DNA of 64,000 nucleotides, from IMG/VR virus record IMGVR_UViG_3300045988_180190. One strand, 5' to 3'. The notes under the pieces are model-generated. The model made no database searches and was not told the origin of the DNA. It saw only the letters and a program-made list of their open reading frames with translations. This document shows, in pieces, positions 36,664 to 47,300 of this stretch. Position 1 is the first letter of the stretch. The number at the start of each line of letters is the position of its first letter. A program made the translations under genes and the position numbers. This stretch comes from a virus.

Positions 36664-36761
36664 TTTTAATTGAACTTATTTAACTAAATAGATTCAAATA
36701 ATGCAAGAAAAATTTTTCAAATTTACCCACGCTTTAAAGCGTGGGCTTGTTTTAAATGTTG

Positions 36762-37310
36762 TCATATACTTACTAAAAATGACTTTAAGGATATGAGTTG
36801 CCTGCATTCAGGAAATTCAAAAGTATCACCTCCTGCACGTAATTTATTCATAGTAGTAGATGAGGTAACCATAGAAATCACAGTGGCATCATTATCCTGC
36901 ACAACGTATTTTTTTAAAATAGTACTTGGAGTATACATAAACAAATTATTTGGAGGGCTATAATTTGTCTCTACCAGTAGCATCATAACATCGGGATTGG
37001 TTGATTTAGAGTCCAAAACATTAAATAATGCTGCGTCTGGATTTCCTCTCACAGAAGCATTTATAAATGATATTAATGGATTTAGGCTCTCATACACTAC
37101 AATTAAATTTTCATCCTCTAGGGGTAAGTTCAAAACCCCTAGAGAATTTGATAAATAAAACAAAGCCTCACTTGCATTTTTTACTTCTGAGGGAAACTTT
37201 ACTCGAGTAAGTTTACGCAAAGACTGTAAAAAATTATAATCTGTGTAGACTGGAAACTTAGAGATCGTGCTCGACATTGCTTTGAGTTTTAGATTTGGGC
37301 TTACGCCCAC
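36762..37310 (-). CDS. hypothetical protein
   Basis: 182-aa ORF. The start may be the internal Met near 37277. Confidence 0.55.
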   Translation of the reverse strand: MGVSPNLKLKAMSSTISKFPVYTDYNFLQSLRKLTRVKFPSEVKNASEALFYLSNSLGVLNLPLEDENLIVVYESLNPLISFINASVRGNPDAALFNVLDSKSTNPDVMMLLVETNYSPPNNLFMYTPSTILKKYVVQDNDATVISMVTSSTTMNKLRAGGDTFEFPECRQLISLKSFLVSI

Positions 37311-38766
37311 GTTTCTTTGGCGTAATGATTGTGGCTATAGGAACTTCTTGAGAAGATTCATCCAAGGAAACTTCCCCAGAAGTTGCATTGTCTATGTCCT
37401 CCAACGTCTCCTCCACAACAACTGTACCCTCTGGATCTTCGGAACTAGAGGAGTCCCCCTCTAAAACCTGGTCTTCTTCTATGGATATATCTCCAATAGA
37501 TTGTGGTACTTCAAGCCCCCTTATATTTAAGTCAGATAAAATGTCCGCAATAATATCTTCGCGTTTTAATACCTTGATAAACTCTTGTCTTGGAACTTTT
37601 TCTAAACCAAGTGGCTTAGACGTAAAAGTATCTTTTTGTACAGAATCCACTTTTACCCCATATAAATGTTCTTTTATAAACATCTCTGGAAGTCCATAGT
37701 CAAATTTCAGTGGATCATCCCAGGCGTCATCTGTGTCTTCGCTATGGTCTATATTTAGCAAATAAATGCAATCCCTAAAGGGTATAGACTGCGAATTTTT
37801 TACCACCTTTAATTTGACCACCTGCCCTACTGCCTGCTTACTCGTGCTAGTTTCTTTCATGAGAATCTTTCCCTTAGTAAGCGTAAACTGTAAGGCTGCA
37901 CTCTGATTTACGGCATTACCTCCAATTTTTGTACGATTATTCTCTTTTAAATCTGCCGAAGTTAAATATCTGGCAGCGAAAGAATTCATCTCGATCTTAG
38001 TATTTTGGTGAGATACTATAATAAGGCATACACCATACTCCTGCAAAATATGAGGCATCTCTCTAGTCCATTTTTGAAGTGTCTTAGAAAACTCCAAATT
38101 TGAGGTCTCATCTAAGGAATTACTCGAAGGATTTCCTGACTTATCACCGAGCCCAACCAGAGCCGCCTCTCCTTTAGGCATAAGTTTTGATAGGGTATCT
38201 ATAACAACGAAAATAGGAGAATCAGATTTTGCAATTCCGCGCTTATCCAAATTTTCTCGCAAAACACGACTAAAATTTGTAATTGACTCTAATGCATGTG
38301 TTAGTGAAGCTACCTCACTCCATCTGACTCTAGTATTAATCATGCTACGTGCCTCCTTCTTATTTGTACTAAAACAGGAGGCTATTCTATCTTCTCCAAA
38401 CAATTTATTCTTACCCTCGGAATTCAGATATAATGCAGTGGCATAAGGATGAGCTCTCAACCCCATTCCAATAAGAGACAAAGCCATGGTGGTTTTACCA
38501 ATACCGTCTTCCCCTACAATTTCAATTGCGGTCCCCACATTAAATCCATTTTCAGCAAATACATACTGTAACAATATATGGTTTAGTGGTAAGGCTAGTG
38601 AAGCTTCTTGATCCAAGAAATTTTTTAAACTTAATCCAGCAAGTGATGCTTTCTTACCCGTACCCATTGCTCTTAAAGATACTTCTGTATCTATTAATAG
38701 ATCGTTCAAAACATCAGAGGGGTTTTCCTCTGATGTTTCTATTTTCTTTTGATTCATTTTAGGCAT
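37258..38766 (-). CDS. RecA/UvsX-like ATPase (recombinase candidate)
   Basis: Walker A GEDGIGKTT, Walker B FVVIDTLS, IIVSHQN...KIGGNAVNQSAALQF (cf. RecA FINQ.R.KIG...GGNALKFYAS). Confidence 0.55.
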   Translation of the reverse strand: MPKMNQKKIETSEENPSDVLNDLLIDTEVSLRAMGTGKKASLAGLSLKNFLDQEASLALPLNHILLQYVFAENGFNVGTAIEIVGEDGIGKTTMALSLIGMGLRAHPYATALYLNSEGKNKLFGEDRIASCFSTNKKEARSMINTRVRWSEVASLTHALESITNFSRVLRENLDKRGIAKSDSPIFVVIDTLSKLMPKGEAALVGLGDKSGNPSSNSLDETSNLEFSKTLQKWTREMPHILQEYGVCLIIVSHQNTKIEMNSFAARYLTSADLKENNRTKIGGNAVNQSAALQFTLTKGKILMKETSTSKQAVGQVVKLKVVKNSQSIPFRDCIYLLNIDHSEDTDDAWDDPLKFDYGLPEMFIKEHLYGVKVDSVQKDTFTSKPLGLEKVPRQEFIKVLKREDIIADILSDLNIRGLEVPQSIGDISIEEDQVLEGDSSSSEDPEGTVVVEETLEDIDNATSGEVSLDESSQEVPIATIITPKKRGRKPKSKTQSNVEHDL

Positions 38767-38776
38767 TAGCTATAAA

Positions 38777-40279
38777 CTATTGAATTTTTGTGTTGAGTTG
38801 AAAATACTCCATCATTGAACTTGGAGTCAATGATTGAGGATTAGATATCATTGTCATATGCAGTGTCTTGAACTTTTCATACTCCTCCGGAGAGAGTGAC
38901 GCTTTAGCTTTTTCTAAAATCACAGCTTCGTCCTTCCGATCCGATTCCTTGTTGTCAAGAAGTTTCACTGGTATTTCTGGAGCTGGAACATAATCCTCCA
39001 CTATAAAATCTGACTCTGGTATTTGTTCTGATTTAATTGAGTCAGCAACAACTTCCCGATTGATCGGGGGGAGATTGGAGGTAGCAGTGTCCTTAGTAAA
39101 AGTCGGAGTTGTCGGAGTATTTTGTACTATTGGCATTTCTACACGCTGAGGAGCGTTGGGAAACCTGTGCCCTGCTACACCTGGAGTAGGAGTTTTTATT
39201 CCTTCTGAAATGCTCTTTTTGAATGACTCCCTTGCAGCTAAAATCTCCTCACCTTCCTCTCTGAGGTCAAGATTTAATACACCTTCCGGGAAAGCTCCAG
39301 AATCTGCAGCTTTTTTCAGTAGCGTAACTGGAACCAGTGGGTCTTTACATAGCAAGTCTAACTGCCTTTGATATGACCAAATATCAAGAACATTGTCTGG
39401 ATCGCATAAAATATATCTTTTACGCAGAATGTCATCAGACACTGGATAAATTGTATGTCCTAAACGTGTCTCATTATTTGGATCCTTTGAAGGCGTTAGG
39501 GTAAGTATATTGGAATTCGTTAGAGAATTTCGACAGTATCTTACTTCTAGCAAACATCCTGTGTTTTGGTCAGTTACATCTCCAAAAAGCAAATCTGGAT
39601 AATTCTCGGATACTGGAGCAAGTCCGGAATTAACTGGAATTTGATGTTTTACGATTTGTATTAGTGTCTGAAACATTTGCTCGCTATATACACCGATCTT
39701 TTGCTCCATTTCCCCGGAGGTATTATTCTTATGAAGAATGTTGGACAAAACTAGTGTACGAGGCTTGGAAGGCAATGTGCAAGACTCGAGACTTGCTTGA
39801 AAATTTTGCTGAAACTCAATTAATTTTGCTTCTTCCTGAGTTATTGTAGGTGCTCCTGTGTAAGGATTGGAGGTTGCATACTTCCCGGAATTGAAGTAGA
39901 TAAATCTTCTCAAATCATTAATAGCATCTACACCTTTTCTTGGATACTTGTGGGAGGATACATCCAGGGTATCGGGAGATAGTAAATGTGTACGAAGTTT
40001 CCCGAAATACATATATCCCTTAACAAATTGTGCCCAGGAAGTATATTGACCTGAAGATGTCTTAAATGGTTCAGTTGAAGATAAAAGTGCTTCTGTATTA
40101 TCTTGATACGAAAAATCCATTCCTGGGAGTATACGAATTACCATATTTGGCTCGCCATCCCTTGGGGGAGCCAAGCGAACCCAAGGGAGATTATTTTTGA
40201 AAAACGAAGAGCCTGAAGCCTTGTGTGATTGTGACGTTATATTGTGTTGTGAATTTTGTGATAAGTTTAGATATTTCAT
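38777..40279 (-). CDS. hypothetical protein
   Basis: 500-aa ORF between the recombinase and polymerase genes. No motif recognised. Confidence 0.65.
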   Translation of the reverse strand: MKYLNLSQNSQHNITSQSHKASGSSFFKNNLPWVRLAPPRDGEPNMVIRILPGMDFSYQDNTEALLSSTEPFKTSSGQYTSWAQFVKGYMYFGKLRTHLLSPDTLDVSSHKYPRKGVDAINDLRRFIYFNSGKYATSNPYTGAPTITQEEAKLIEFQQNFQASLESCTLPSKPRTLVLSNILHKNNTSGEMEQKIGVYSEQMFQTLIQIVKHQIPVNSGLAPVSENYPDLLFGDVTDQNTGCLLEVRYCRNSLTNSNILTLTPSKDPNNETRLGHTIYPVSDDILRKRYILCDPDNVLDIWSYQRQLDLLCKDPLVPVTLLKKAADSGAFPEGVLNLDLREEGEEILAARESFKKSISEGIKTPTPGVAGHRFPNAPQRVEMPIVQNTPTTPTFTKDTATSNLPPINREVVADSIKSEQIPESDFIVEDYVPAPEIPVKLLDNKESDRKDEAVILEKAKASLSPEEYEKFKTLHMTMISNPQSLTPSSMMEYFQLNTKIQ

Positions 40280-40336
40280 GTGTTCTATTTCCTTAATTTA
40301 TTCTTTGTATTTTCTATGATTTATAGCTCGCCAGAC

Positions 40337-43300
40337 TTACTTAATTTGGTATTTCTGGCAAGCGTTTTTTAGTCCAATTTGTAATTCATGTTTTTCTTCT
40401 TCCGAAGGAGCTGTGCTCCAACGCTTTGTGACTTCAACTTCAATATTATATCGTAATCTGCCTCCTTTCAAATCCCAATAATTGTTATCCGACATAAAAA
40501 ATTTAAGCATACTGCTAGCGAGATCTACTTCCTCATAGGGTGCTAAAATGTAAATAGCGTCATATAACGGTATCACCGCCCTACTTTTCATATGCAACCT
40601 CATGAAACAAGCATTTAATGCAGGTATAGCTCTTGCTAGTGAATCAGCAACCAATGACTGAAGCCCTATATTACAAGCTTCTCTACGTAACTTACTAACA
40701 ATACTTTCCCTTAGATCATCTGACATTTGAGCATCCAGAGGGGGAACTTTGAAATGGCGTTTAAAACCTGAGGGAGACAAATAATACCCCTGTCCCTCTG
40801 GGAGAGTTTTGCACCAATCTAAATATTCTTTTACCTGTGGCTTGGTATTCATATAACCGTCAATAACTTTTTGCCCGGTACCAGGTTCTGGTTTTTCTCC
40901 AGCGGCAATCTCAATTTTTCTCTCCAGCAATGAGGGGCTTGCACCATAAGGTATAGAGTTATGTGACAAAAGGGTCATATCTATATACTTATGTGTATCA
41001 CACTCAATAGCTATTACGTCATATGAAGGAATCAGTTCTTTCGAGACTACTTTAATTATAGCTACAGTTTCCCCTAAGAAGAAATGATCTAAATAAGTTA
41101 ATGACAACTTATGATCACCCTCTAAAGTTGTGCACCAGCCTATCGTAGATGCTAAGACTGCTAAATCGGATAGTAGATCATCGTTAGGAGACTCTAAGCT
41201 TTGTTCCCCTTCCTTAAACAATTTGCAAATGATTTCACTTCTTATGGTTGGGTCACACACAAATAACTCGCAAGGAAGTCTATACGACATGTTACTAGAG
41301 TTACTAATAATATCATTCACGAAATAATCTACGTCATGACTTACATTAACATCCTTTTTCCCGAATGGAATATTAAAGCTAAAAGAAAGAACGTCGGCAC
41401 CTATGCTTAAATCTTCCACCTTTTCCCATTTCTCATAATGGCTGTCTCTACCATCACGTGAAACCCTCAGTTTATGGTCGCTCTTAAATGTAGCTACCAC
41501 ACCATTACTAAAGCGCACCTTATAGCATTCTTGATCCTTTAACCTTACAACATTAAGTACTCTTGTGGCATCAAACGGAGATTTTAAATAGTCTCCTACT
41601 TGAATAGTGTTAGCCTTAACATATCCACCCTTAGATATAGAATAAATATAATTTTCTTCTCCAGAGCAGAAATTAGCGGTTTTGCCTATAGCATTACGTG
41701 TTTTACGCTTATCGAGTTTTTCCCGTGGAGTATTTAAAACATATTTATTCTCTACGGCTGTCCAATGAACATCCTGTAGCGGATGTTTCAGGGTTCCATC
41801 TTTATTACGTACCAAATCTGGGTCATTAGGATCTGTAAGCAATGCTGGGTCTTTCGCATCTTCTGTGAATTCCACTATGTCATCACAGTATGCTATACGC
41901 ACTTGCTTAATACTCCCATCCGGCATTTTCTTGAACGCAAATTGAGGATCAGGGTCATTCAGTGTAGCAATCAATTTTTTGTCATTTGCTAAATATGCGA
42001 TCGTGAATACCTCCGCTGTGGCGTAGTCGGCATCAACAAAACAATAACCTTCTGGGGCTTTGAAACACCATCTTAAAGGTACAGGAACCAAATCCTTAAT
42101 TGTTATATTCTCTTTTATATTATAAGTACTTTTCAGAGAATCAACAATACTCCTAAAATTATCTTGGTCGTAGTTTGAAGTGTCAGATATATCTTCTACA
42201 TTAAGAAACTTTAAAACTTTCTTAAATCCATGACTAATATAGTCGGAAACGTCACTTGGAACATTTAATATATTTGGTTTAAACGACCGTGGTCTACTCG
42301 ATTCGGTCATAACAAAGTTGGAATGCAGCCTTCCATCCGAAGTTAAATACTTTTGCAATCCACCGTCTTCCCCCTTCAAGAAACTTTTTGTAACTTGGTT
42401 TATAGCATTTAGTTGTAATAAATGCAAACATAAGTCATCCCCTTTATCAGAAAATATCTTTAACGTATCTTTATCCACTGCAGGAGAATATTTCTTTTGT
42501 TTAGCCGGGGGCATTTTTAAGACTCTCTCCCAGGGAATGGCATTTCCTTCTTGGGGTTTTGTAGTCTTGATCGGCGTGTACTTTTTTATGTCAAATAGCC
42601 AACGCTTTTTATGATCCGCAGAATTAGGATTAAAAGAATCTATTGTGTAATAATGCTCGAGATAAGGTAGGATAGGCAAGGCATTGCGTTTATACAAGCG
42701 TTTCAAAAGATTAAATATATCTTCCAAACTTCTACCTTCTTCAAAATATCTTTGTATTTCTGCAATATTAGCGATAGGGGTTTCTTGAGCTATCTTAGAG
42801 ACTTCAGTATAAAATAAGTCATGCGCCTCTTTTTTAATCATCATCATAAATAGCTTCTGCATTATAAGACCTGCAGCGAGATAAGCTATTCTAGCTTTAT
42901 TAGCATCCTCTGCGCAAAATGGTACCCCCGCTATAGACATAGAGGTAAATCCATCAATCACAAACGGCAATTTTATATTCATAAAATAGTCATAAGTGCC
43001 GTCCCTTATTAGCATGTCTTTTATAATTGGATATAATCTAAAGGTCACATCTGCGTCAGAACATCCGTAAGGAAACAAAATACTCAATGGAATTTGACCA
43101 TATCCTTGTTCCTCGTCAAAAGACACTCCTTTATTAGATTTTTTCCAAAGAATCAGCTCAATGTCATATCTACCTTTATCTGTATACTTTGCTGCCAGTT
43201 TCTCCAATTTTTGATCCGCATATTCGTCTACAGTTTGTATGCCAAACATTGTATCAAAAATAAACTTTCCATTATACACCTCTAAACCTAAATGTGTAAG

Positions 43301-44266
43301 CATCCACTGTGCGTCAGCTGCACCATTATGCCCTATATAATGAATATCAGGAGAATTAAAGAAACTCTGTAAAAGTTCACAGACCTGTTCCTTGGTAGCG
43401 TCAAACACCCATTCCCCTTGCTCATTATTGAGATTAATATATGCAGCCTGACCCGGAGCCCAAGCAAATTGGATTGATCTAAGATACCCATCCACAAAGC
43501 ACTGCTTGCCCCACTCACAGTCCACACTGAATAATTTATAATTATTGGATTTAAAGTACTCTATTAACTTCTTAAGGTGATCAAATGTTGACACACATTG
43601 GTAGTCGCAAGGTATTTGTTGTATCGTTGTTCCTTGGAGGAAGTGATCGTAAAAATTTGCTAAGATACGAATATCTTGATTAAGTTTATCATACAACTCA
43701 GGCTTATAATAAGCTTTATAGATACTACTAATTACAAAAACATGTGCATTATACTTCTCACTAAAAAACCAAGCTTCTTCGAGTTTAGACACACTTATTT
43801 TATAATTTAAAATAAAATCGCAAGCTTCTGCCCCAACACAGACGATTATCTTTGGATTACAATACCGCATCTCTTCCTCAAGGAGAGGTAAGCAATAATT
43901 TATATCTTTTTTAATACCCTTTAAAACAGACTGATTTAACCCATACTTCACCACAGAAGTAAAATAACAGTCGTCCAGGTCAATGCCGTTTTGAAGGCAT
44001 AAAGACCTAAACATTTCCCCTGCTCCAGATTTTAAATGCATGGGCGCAGAATATCTTGAGTCAATATCTTCCTTCAAAGGCGCCGGAACTAAAAACATTA
44101 TATCTGCCCCAAGTCTACCAACACCATTAAGAAATACTACATTATCATTTTCAGGAGAAGTATCATCTTTTATTCTTTTAAGTGATAGATCACCACAAAA
44201 GTCCGATAAGCTTGGACAAGGTAACTCCATGTTTACCTTGGGAAAATTAATTTCAGTTTCTTTCAT
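40337..44266 (-). CDS. family A DNA polymerase with N-terminal UDG-like domain and 3'-5' exonuclease, intein-containing
   Basis: Exo I VDCEW, Exo II HNGAADAQW, Exo III YGCSDAD. Motif A VDADYATAEV. Motif B RNAIGKTANF[intein]SIPYGAS. Confidence 0.9.
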   Translation of the reverse strand: MKETEINFPKVNMELPCPSLSDFCGDLSLKRIKDDTSPENDNVVFLNGVGRLGADIMFLVPAPLKEDIDSRYSAPMHLKSGAGEMFRSLCLQNGIDLDDCYFTSVVKYGLNQSVLKGIKKDINYCLPLLEEEMRYCNPKIIVCVGAEACDFILNYKISVSKLEEAWFFSEKYNAHVFVISSIYKAYYKPELYDKLNQDIRILANFYDHFLQGTTIQQIPCDYQCVSTFDHLKKLIEYFKSNNYKLFSVDCEWGKQCFVDGYLRSIQFAWAPGQAAYINLNNEQGEWVFDATKEQVCELLQSFFNSPDIHYIGHNGAADAQWMLTHLGLEVYNGKFIFDTMFGIQTVDEYADQKLEKLAAKYTDKGRYDIELILWKKSNKGVSFDEEQGYGQIPLSILFPYGCSDADVTFRLYPIIKDMLIRDGTYDYFMNIKLPFVIDGFTSMSIAGVPFCAEDANKARIAYLAAGLIMQKLFMMMIKKEAHDLFYTEVSKIAQETPIANIAEIQRYFEEGRSLEDIFNLLKRLYKRNALPILPYLEHYYTIDSFNPNSADHKKRWLFDIKKYTPIKTTKPQEGNAIPWERVLKMPPAKQKKYSPAVDKDTLKIFSDKGDDLCLHLLQLNAINQVTKSFLKGEDGGLQKYLTSDGRLHSNFVMTESSRPRSFKPNILNVPSDVSDYISHGFKKVLKFLNVEDISDTSNYDQDNFRSIVDSLKSTYNIKENITIKDLVPVPLRWCFKAPEGYCFVDADYATAEVFTIAYLANDKKLIATLNDPDPQFAFKKMPDGSIKQVRIAYCDDIVEFTEDAKDPALLTDPNDPDLVRNKDGTLKHPLQDVHWTAVENKYVLNTPREKLDKRKTRNAIGKTANFCSGEENYIYSISKGGYVKANTIQVGDYLKSPFDATRVLNVVRLKDQECYKVRFSNGVVATFKSDHKLRVSRDGRDSHYEKWEKVEDLSIGADVLSFSFNIPFGKKDVNVSHDVDYFVNDIISNSSNMSYRLPCELFVCDPTIRSEIICKLFKEGEQSLESPNDDLLSDLAVLASTIGWCTTLEGDHKLSLTYLDHFFLGETVAIIKVVSKELIPSYDVIAIECDTHKYIDMTLLSHNSIPYGASPSLLERKIEIAAGEKPEPGTGQKVIDGYMNTKPQVKEYLDWCKTLPEGQGYYLSPSGFKRHFKVPPLDAQMSDDLRESIVSKLRREACNIGLQSLVADSLARAIPALNACFMRLHMKSRAVIPLYDAIYILAPYEEVDLASSMLKFFMSDNNYWDLKGGRLRYNIEVEVTKRWSTAPSEEEKHELQIGLKNACQKYQIK
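40958..41668 (-). mobile_element. intein (237 aa) in PolA motif B
   Basis: Starts at Cys867 after KTANF. Block B is FKSDHKLRV. Ends LLSHN followed by Ser1104. Confidence 0.8.
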
Positions 44267-44285
44267 AATATCCCTTTCAAAAAAT

Positions 44286-44316
44286 AAAAGGAGATAGCAT
44301 TCTGGCTATCTCCTTT
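44286..44316 (-). terminator. hairpin terminator between the RNR and PolA genes
   Basis: AAAGGAGATAGC-cagaat-GCTATCTCCTTT followed by T-rich sequence (minus strand). Confidence 0.7.
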
Positions 44317-44324
44317 TTGTGAAT

Positions 44325-47300
44325 TTATCCACAAGCGGACCACCCGCAGCTATAACATTTTTTACAACCCTCTTCTCGCAGGACTTTACCCCCACAGACG
44401 GGACAGGTCTCTCCCAAGTCTAACTTACCAGCGCATTGTAACAACACCTTGTTTATAGCTTTTACAATCGATGTGAAATCTCCTTCAGTTTTAGATAGCT
44501 GATGTATAATTTCTTTTAATGATACACCAGATTGAAGATTCAAAGCTACCAGTCTTGCCAAGGCTGTAAGCGTTGCCTTATCCGAGGACTCATTTGTTTT
44601 AACTATTTTGTAATGGAATTTGCCGTCCTTAGAGGTAAACTCAAATGTAGCTTTAGCTATTTTTCTTAATGTTCCCTCCTTGACGTGTTTAGGTATAATC
44701 CTACGGCGTTCAACCCATTCTCCTTCGTCATCAAATATATTATCCTCATTTATATCTATAAACATCTCAAAGGGGCAATCTCCAAGAAAGCTTACTATAA
44801 AGTAGTAGGATACTCCTTTGACTGTTCTAAAGAATACCCTACAAGGCAAAACGTCTGGACGTTTATCAGCAGTTATTGTTGGGTGGATAATAGAAGTAGA
44901 AGTTGGATTTACGTCTTCTTTAGCATCTGTAGACTGTAAGACGGCACTCATTGAGCCTTCTCTGTAGGTAGTAACCCCTTTAATTACTCCGCTATTATAT
45001 GCGTCTAAATAAACGTTCTTAAACTGTTCATAAGGATAGTCCTTACCGACATTTATCGTTTTACTTACAGCGGAATCCAAATGCGCAGATACGAGTTTCA
45101 GAATTTCCAGATGAGATTCAACAGGCAATTGCATAGCTGTTGTGAAAACTTCCTGTGGATATTCTAAATTATGATCCTTAATCCATTGATAGGCATAATC
45201 TCTTATGAGCACCTTCTTGCAAAGACCTCTATCCTTATGTATCTGATACTCTACGCCATCTTCTCCTGTGTAAGTTAGATACGTGAAGTCAGCATATTTA
45301 GCTTCTTTAAAGTACGCATTAGGTTTAAAGTCTCCCTCCCAGAATCTAGGGCATTTATCTCTTAGAAAATCTGGAATATTAGGCATTCCTACGATGCGGT
45401 AGTACTCTAGTTGAAATACAGGTTCTACGCCTCCTGAAATATTATTTGCCAAACAACCAGTATTTCCCGTGGGCTGGACTGAGAACAAGGCTGAATTGCG
45501 AATGCCGTTAGTTTCTAACAATTCTTTTTGCAAAGCATCCAATATATACTTCGGCAGATGTCTAAACGTATATTTTATATTATCAGCATGTTTTGCAGGA
45601 TTACATCCTTTAAACGCACCTTTACATTTAGCTAAAGCAATGCTTGCCCTTATCCCTAAGAAATTATAAACATCAAAAACTTTAGTTAAAAAGTCTTTAG
45701 CTTCCGTAGAATCATATTTTAAACCCAACATCATTAAGGCAGAACCTATGCCTGTAATGCCAAGTCCGATTCTTCGATAGCTTTCAGCCATATATTTATA
45801 TTCTTTCAAAGGCAGATTCGCAATGTCTATGACATTATCCAAGAATCTTACGCAATAAGGAATAATATCGGAAAACTTCTGAAAATTAAAAACAGCAGCG
45901 TGTTTGATTTCATCATATTCTATAAATGCTGTGAGATTGATGGATCCTAAATTGCAGCATCCTCCGCTGTATAAAACCTGCTCTCCGCACTGCTGATTAT
46001 TAAGCATATAAAATTTTGGATGTCCATGTTCGTTCACAGTTTCAAACATCCCAACGCAATAATTATGCACATCATCAACTGTACCGGTATAGACATCTTG
46101 TTTGCCTATATATTCAATAGACACAATTCTATGATTAAAATCAACAGCCTGCGTCTTTAAATCCGCGTAAGAACGGAAAGCAGAAATCGGACCAAATCTA
46201 TGAGGAATCTTATTTTGTTTGCAATAAGAATCAAACTCACATTTAAATGGATCTCTTGACAGAGCAAATTTTAAATCCGTATAAGCTTTAAGTTGTCTTA
46301 TTCTATTCTCACCTTTTGTCTTAGAAGCATAGTTTGAAATTCCCTGTCGCAAATGCTGTATGTAATTTTCCTGCTTAAGTTTGTTACGATTCACACAGAG
46401 ATTTGAACAAAAAGCTACTTCCCTGCTTTGGAAAGGTGTAAAGAACTCTTTACCACAATTTTCACAAATCTTTTTTACTAAAACTCTATTATTAACAATC
46501 TTTGTTTCATAACCTTGTGATACGGCATTTAGATATGTTCTTTGCAACCTACTATCACATTTCATTAAATCATTATAAACACCTAAAGCTTTAGCAGCAT
46601 ATTTACAAATATCACGAATACCTCCGCCTCCAAAAAACTTGACACGATAATCATCATTAAATGACTGTAATACGTGAAAACCTCTAGAAGCTAACTCATC
46701 TTGTAATTCTTTTACAGAGAAGAATCTTTGATATTTTAAAATTAAATCTTTCGCAATATCTAAAAGTATCTCATTAGAAACACCTTTATAATTCTTATTC
46801 TTTTCTCCAAATGAAGCATTTTTTTGCTTCTCTTTATAGGAATCCCACTTTGCCTTAGTCCACTCTGTAGCGGCACGACACATAGGATTAGTCTTTCCAA
46901 ACATACGCTTACAATGTAAAGCATCATGCGCAGCTTTTGACATAACTTCTAAATTATCTAAAGAATTATTTAATCCGTTATAATCCTTATGATGCACAAC
47001 TTCTGCATTAGTGAGTCTTCTACCTATAACATATTCAGCATTAATGCGATGTAATGCCTTGCGAGACTTTTTTCCGGAAGTCTTTATCCAAGCATATAGT
47101 TGAGAATTACTCGATCTATTAAAGATTTCATTAAACTTCTGGTATGAAATAGAAGCAACATACAAAGATTCTCCTGGGGACATATCTTTTACCTCTTTAT
47201 ATGTACCATCGGATAATCTAAACTTATGATTAGACGTGCAATCAATATGATTACCATCATCTAAAGTCACTCGATAAATATCTTTATTATAGCCTGTAAT

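Larger units (their letters stand above)
35370..36750 (-). mobile_element. IS200/IS605-family element carrying only tnpB (ends approximate)
   Basis: tnpB ORF, hairpin CCCACGC-tttaaa-GCGTGGG upstream (36726..36745), three hairpins downstream. No tnpA seen. Confidence 0.6.
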
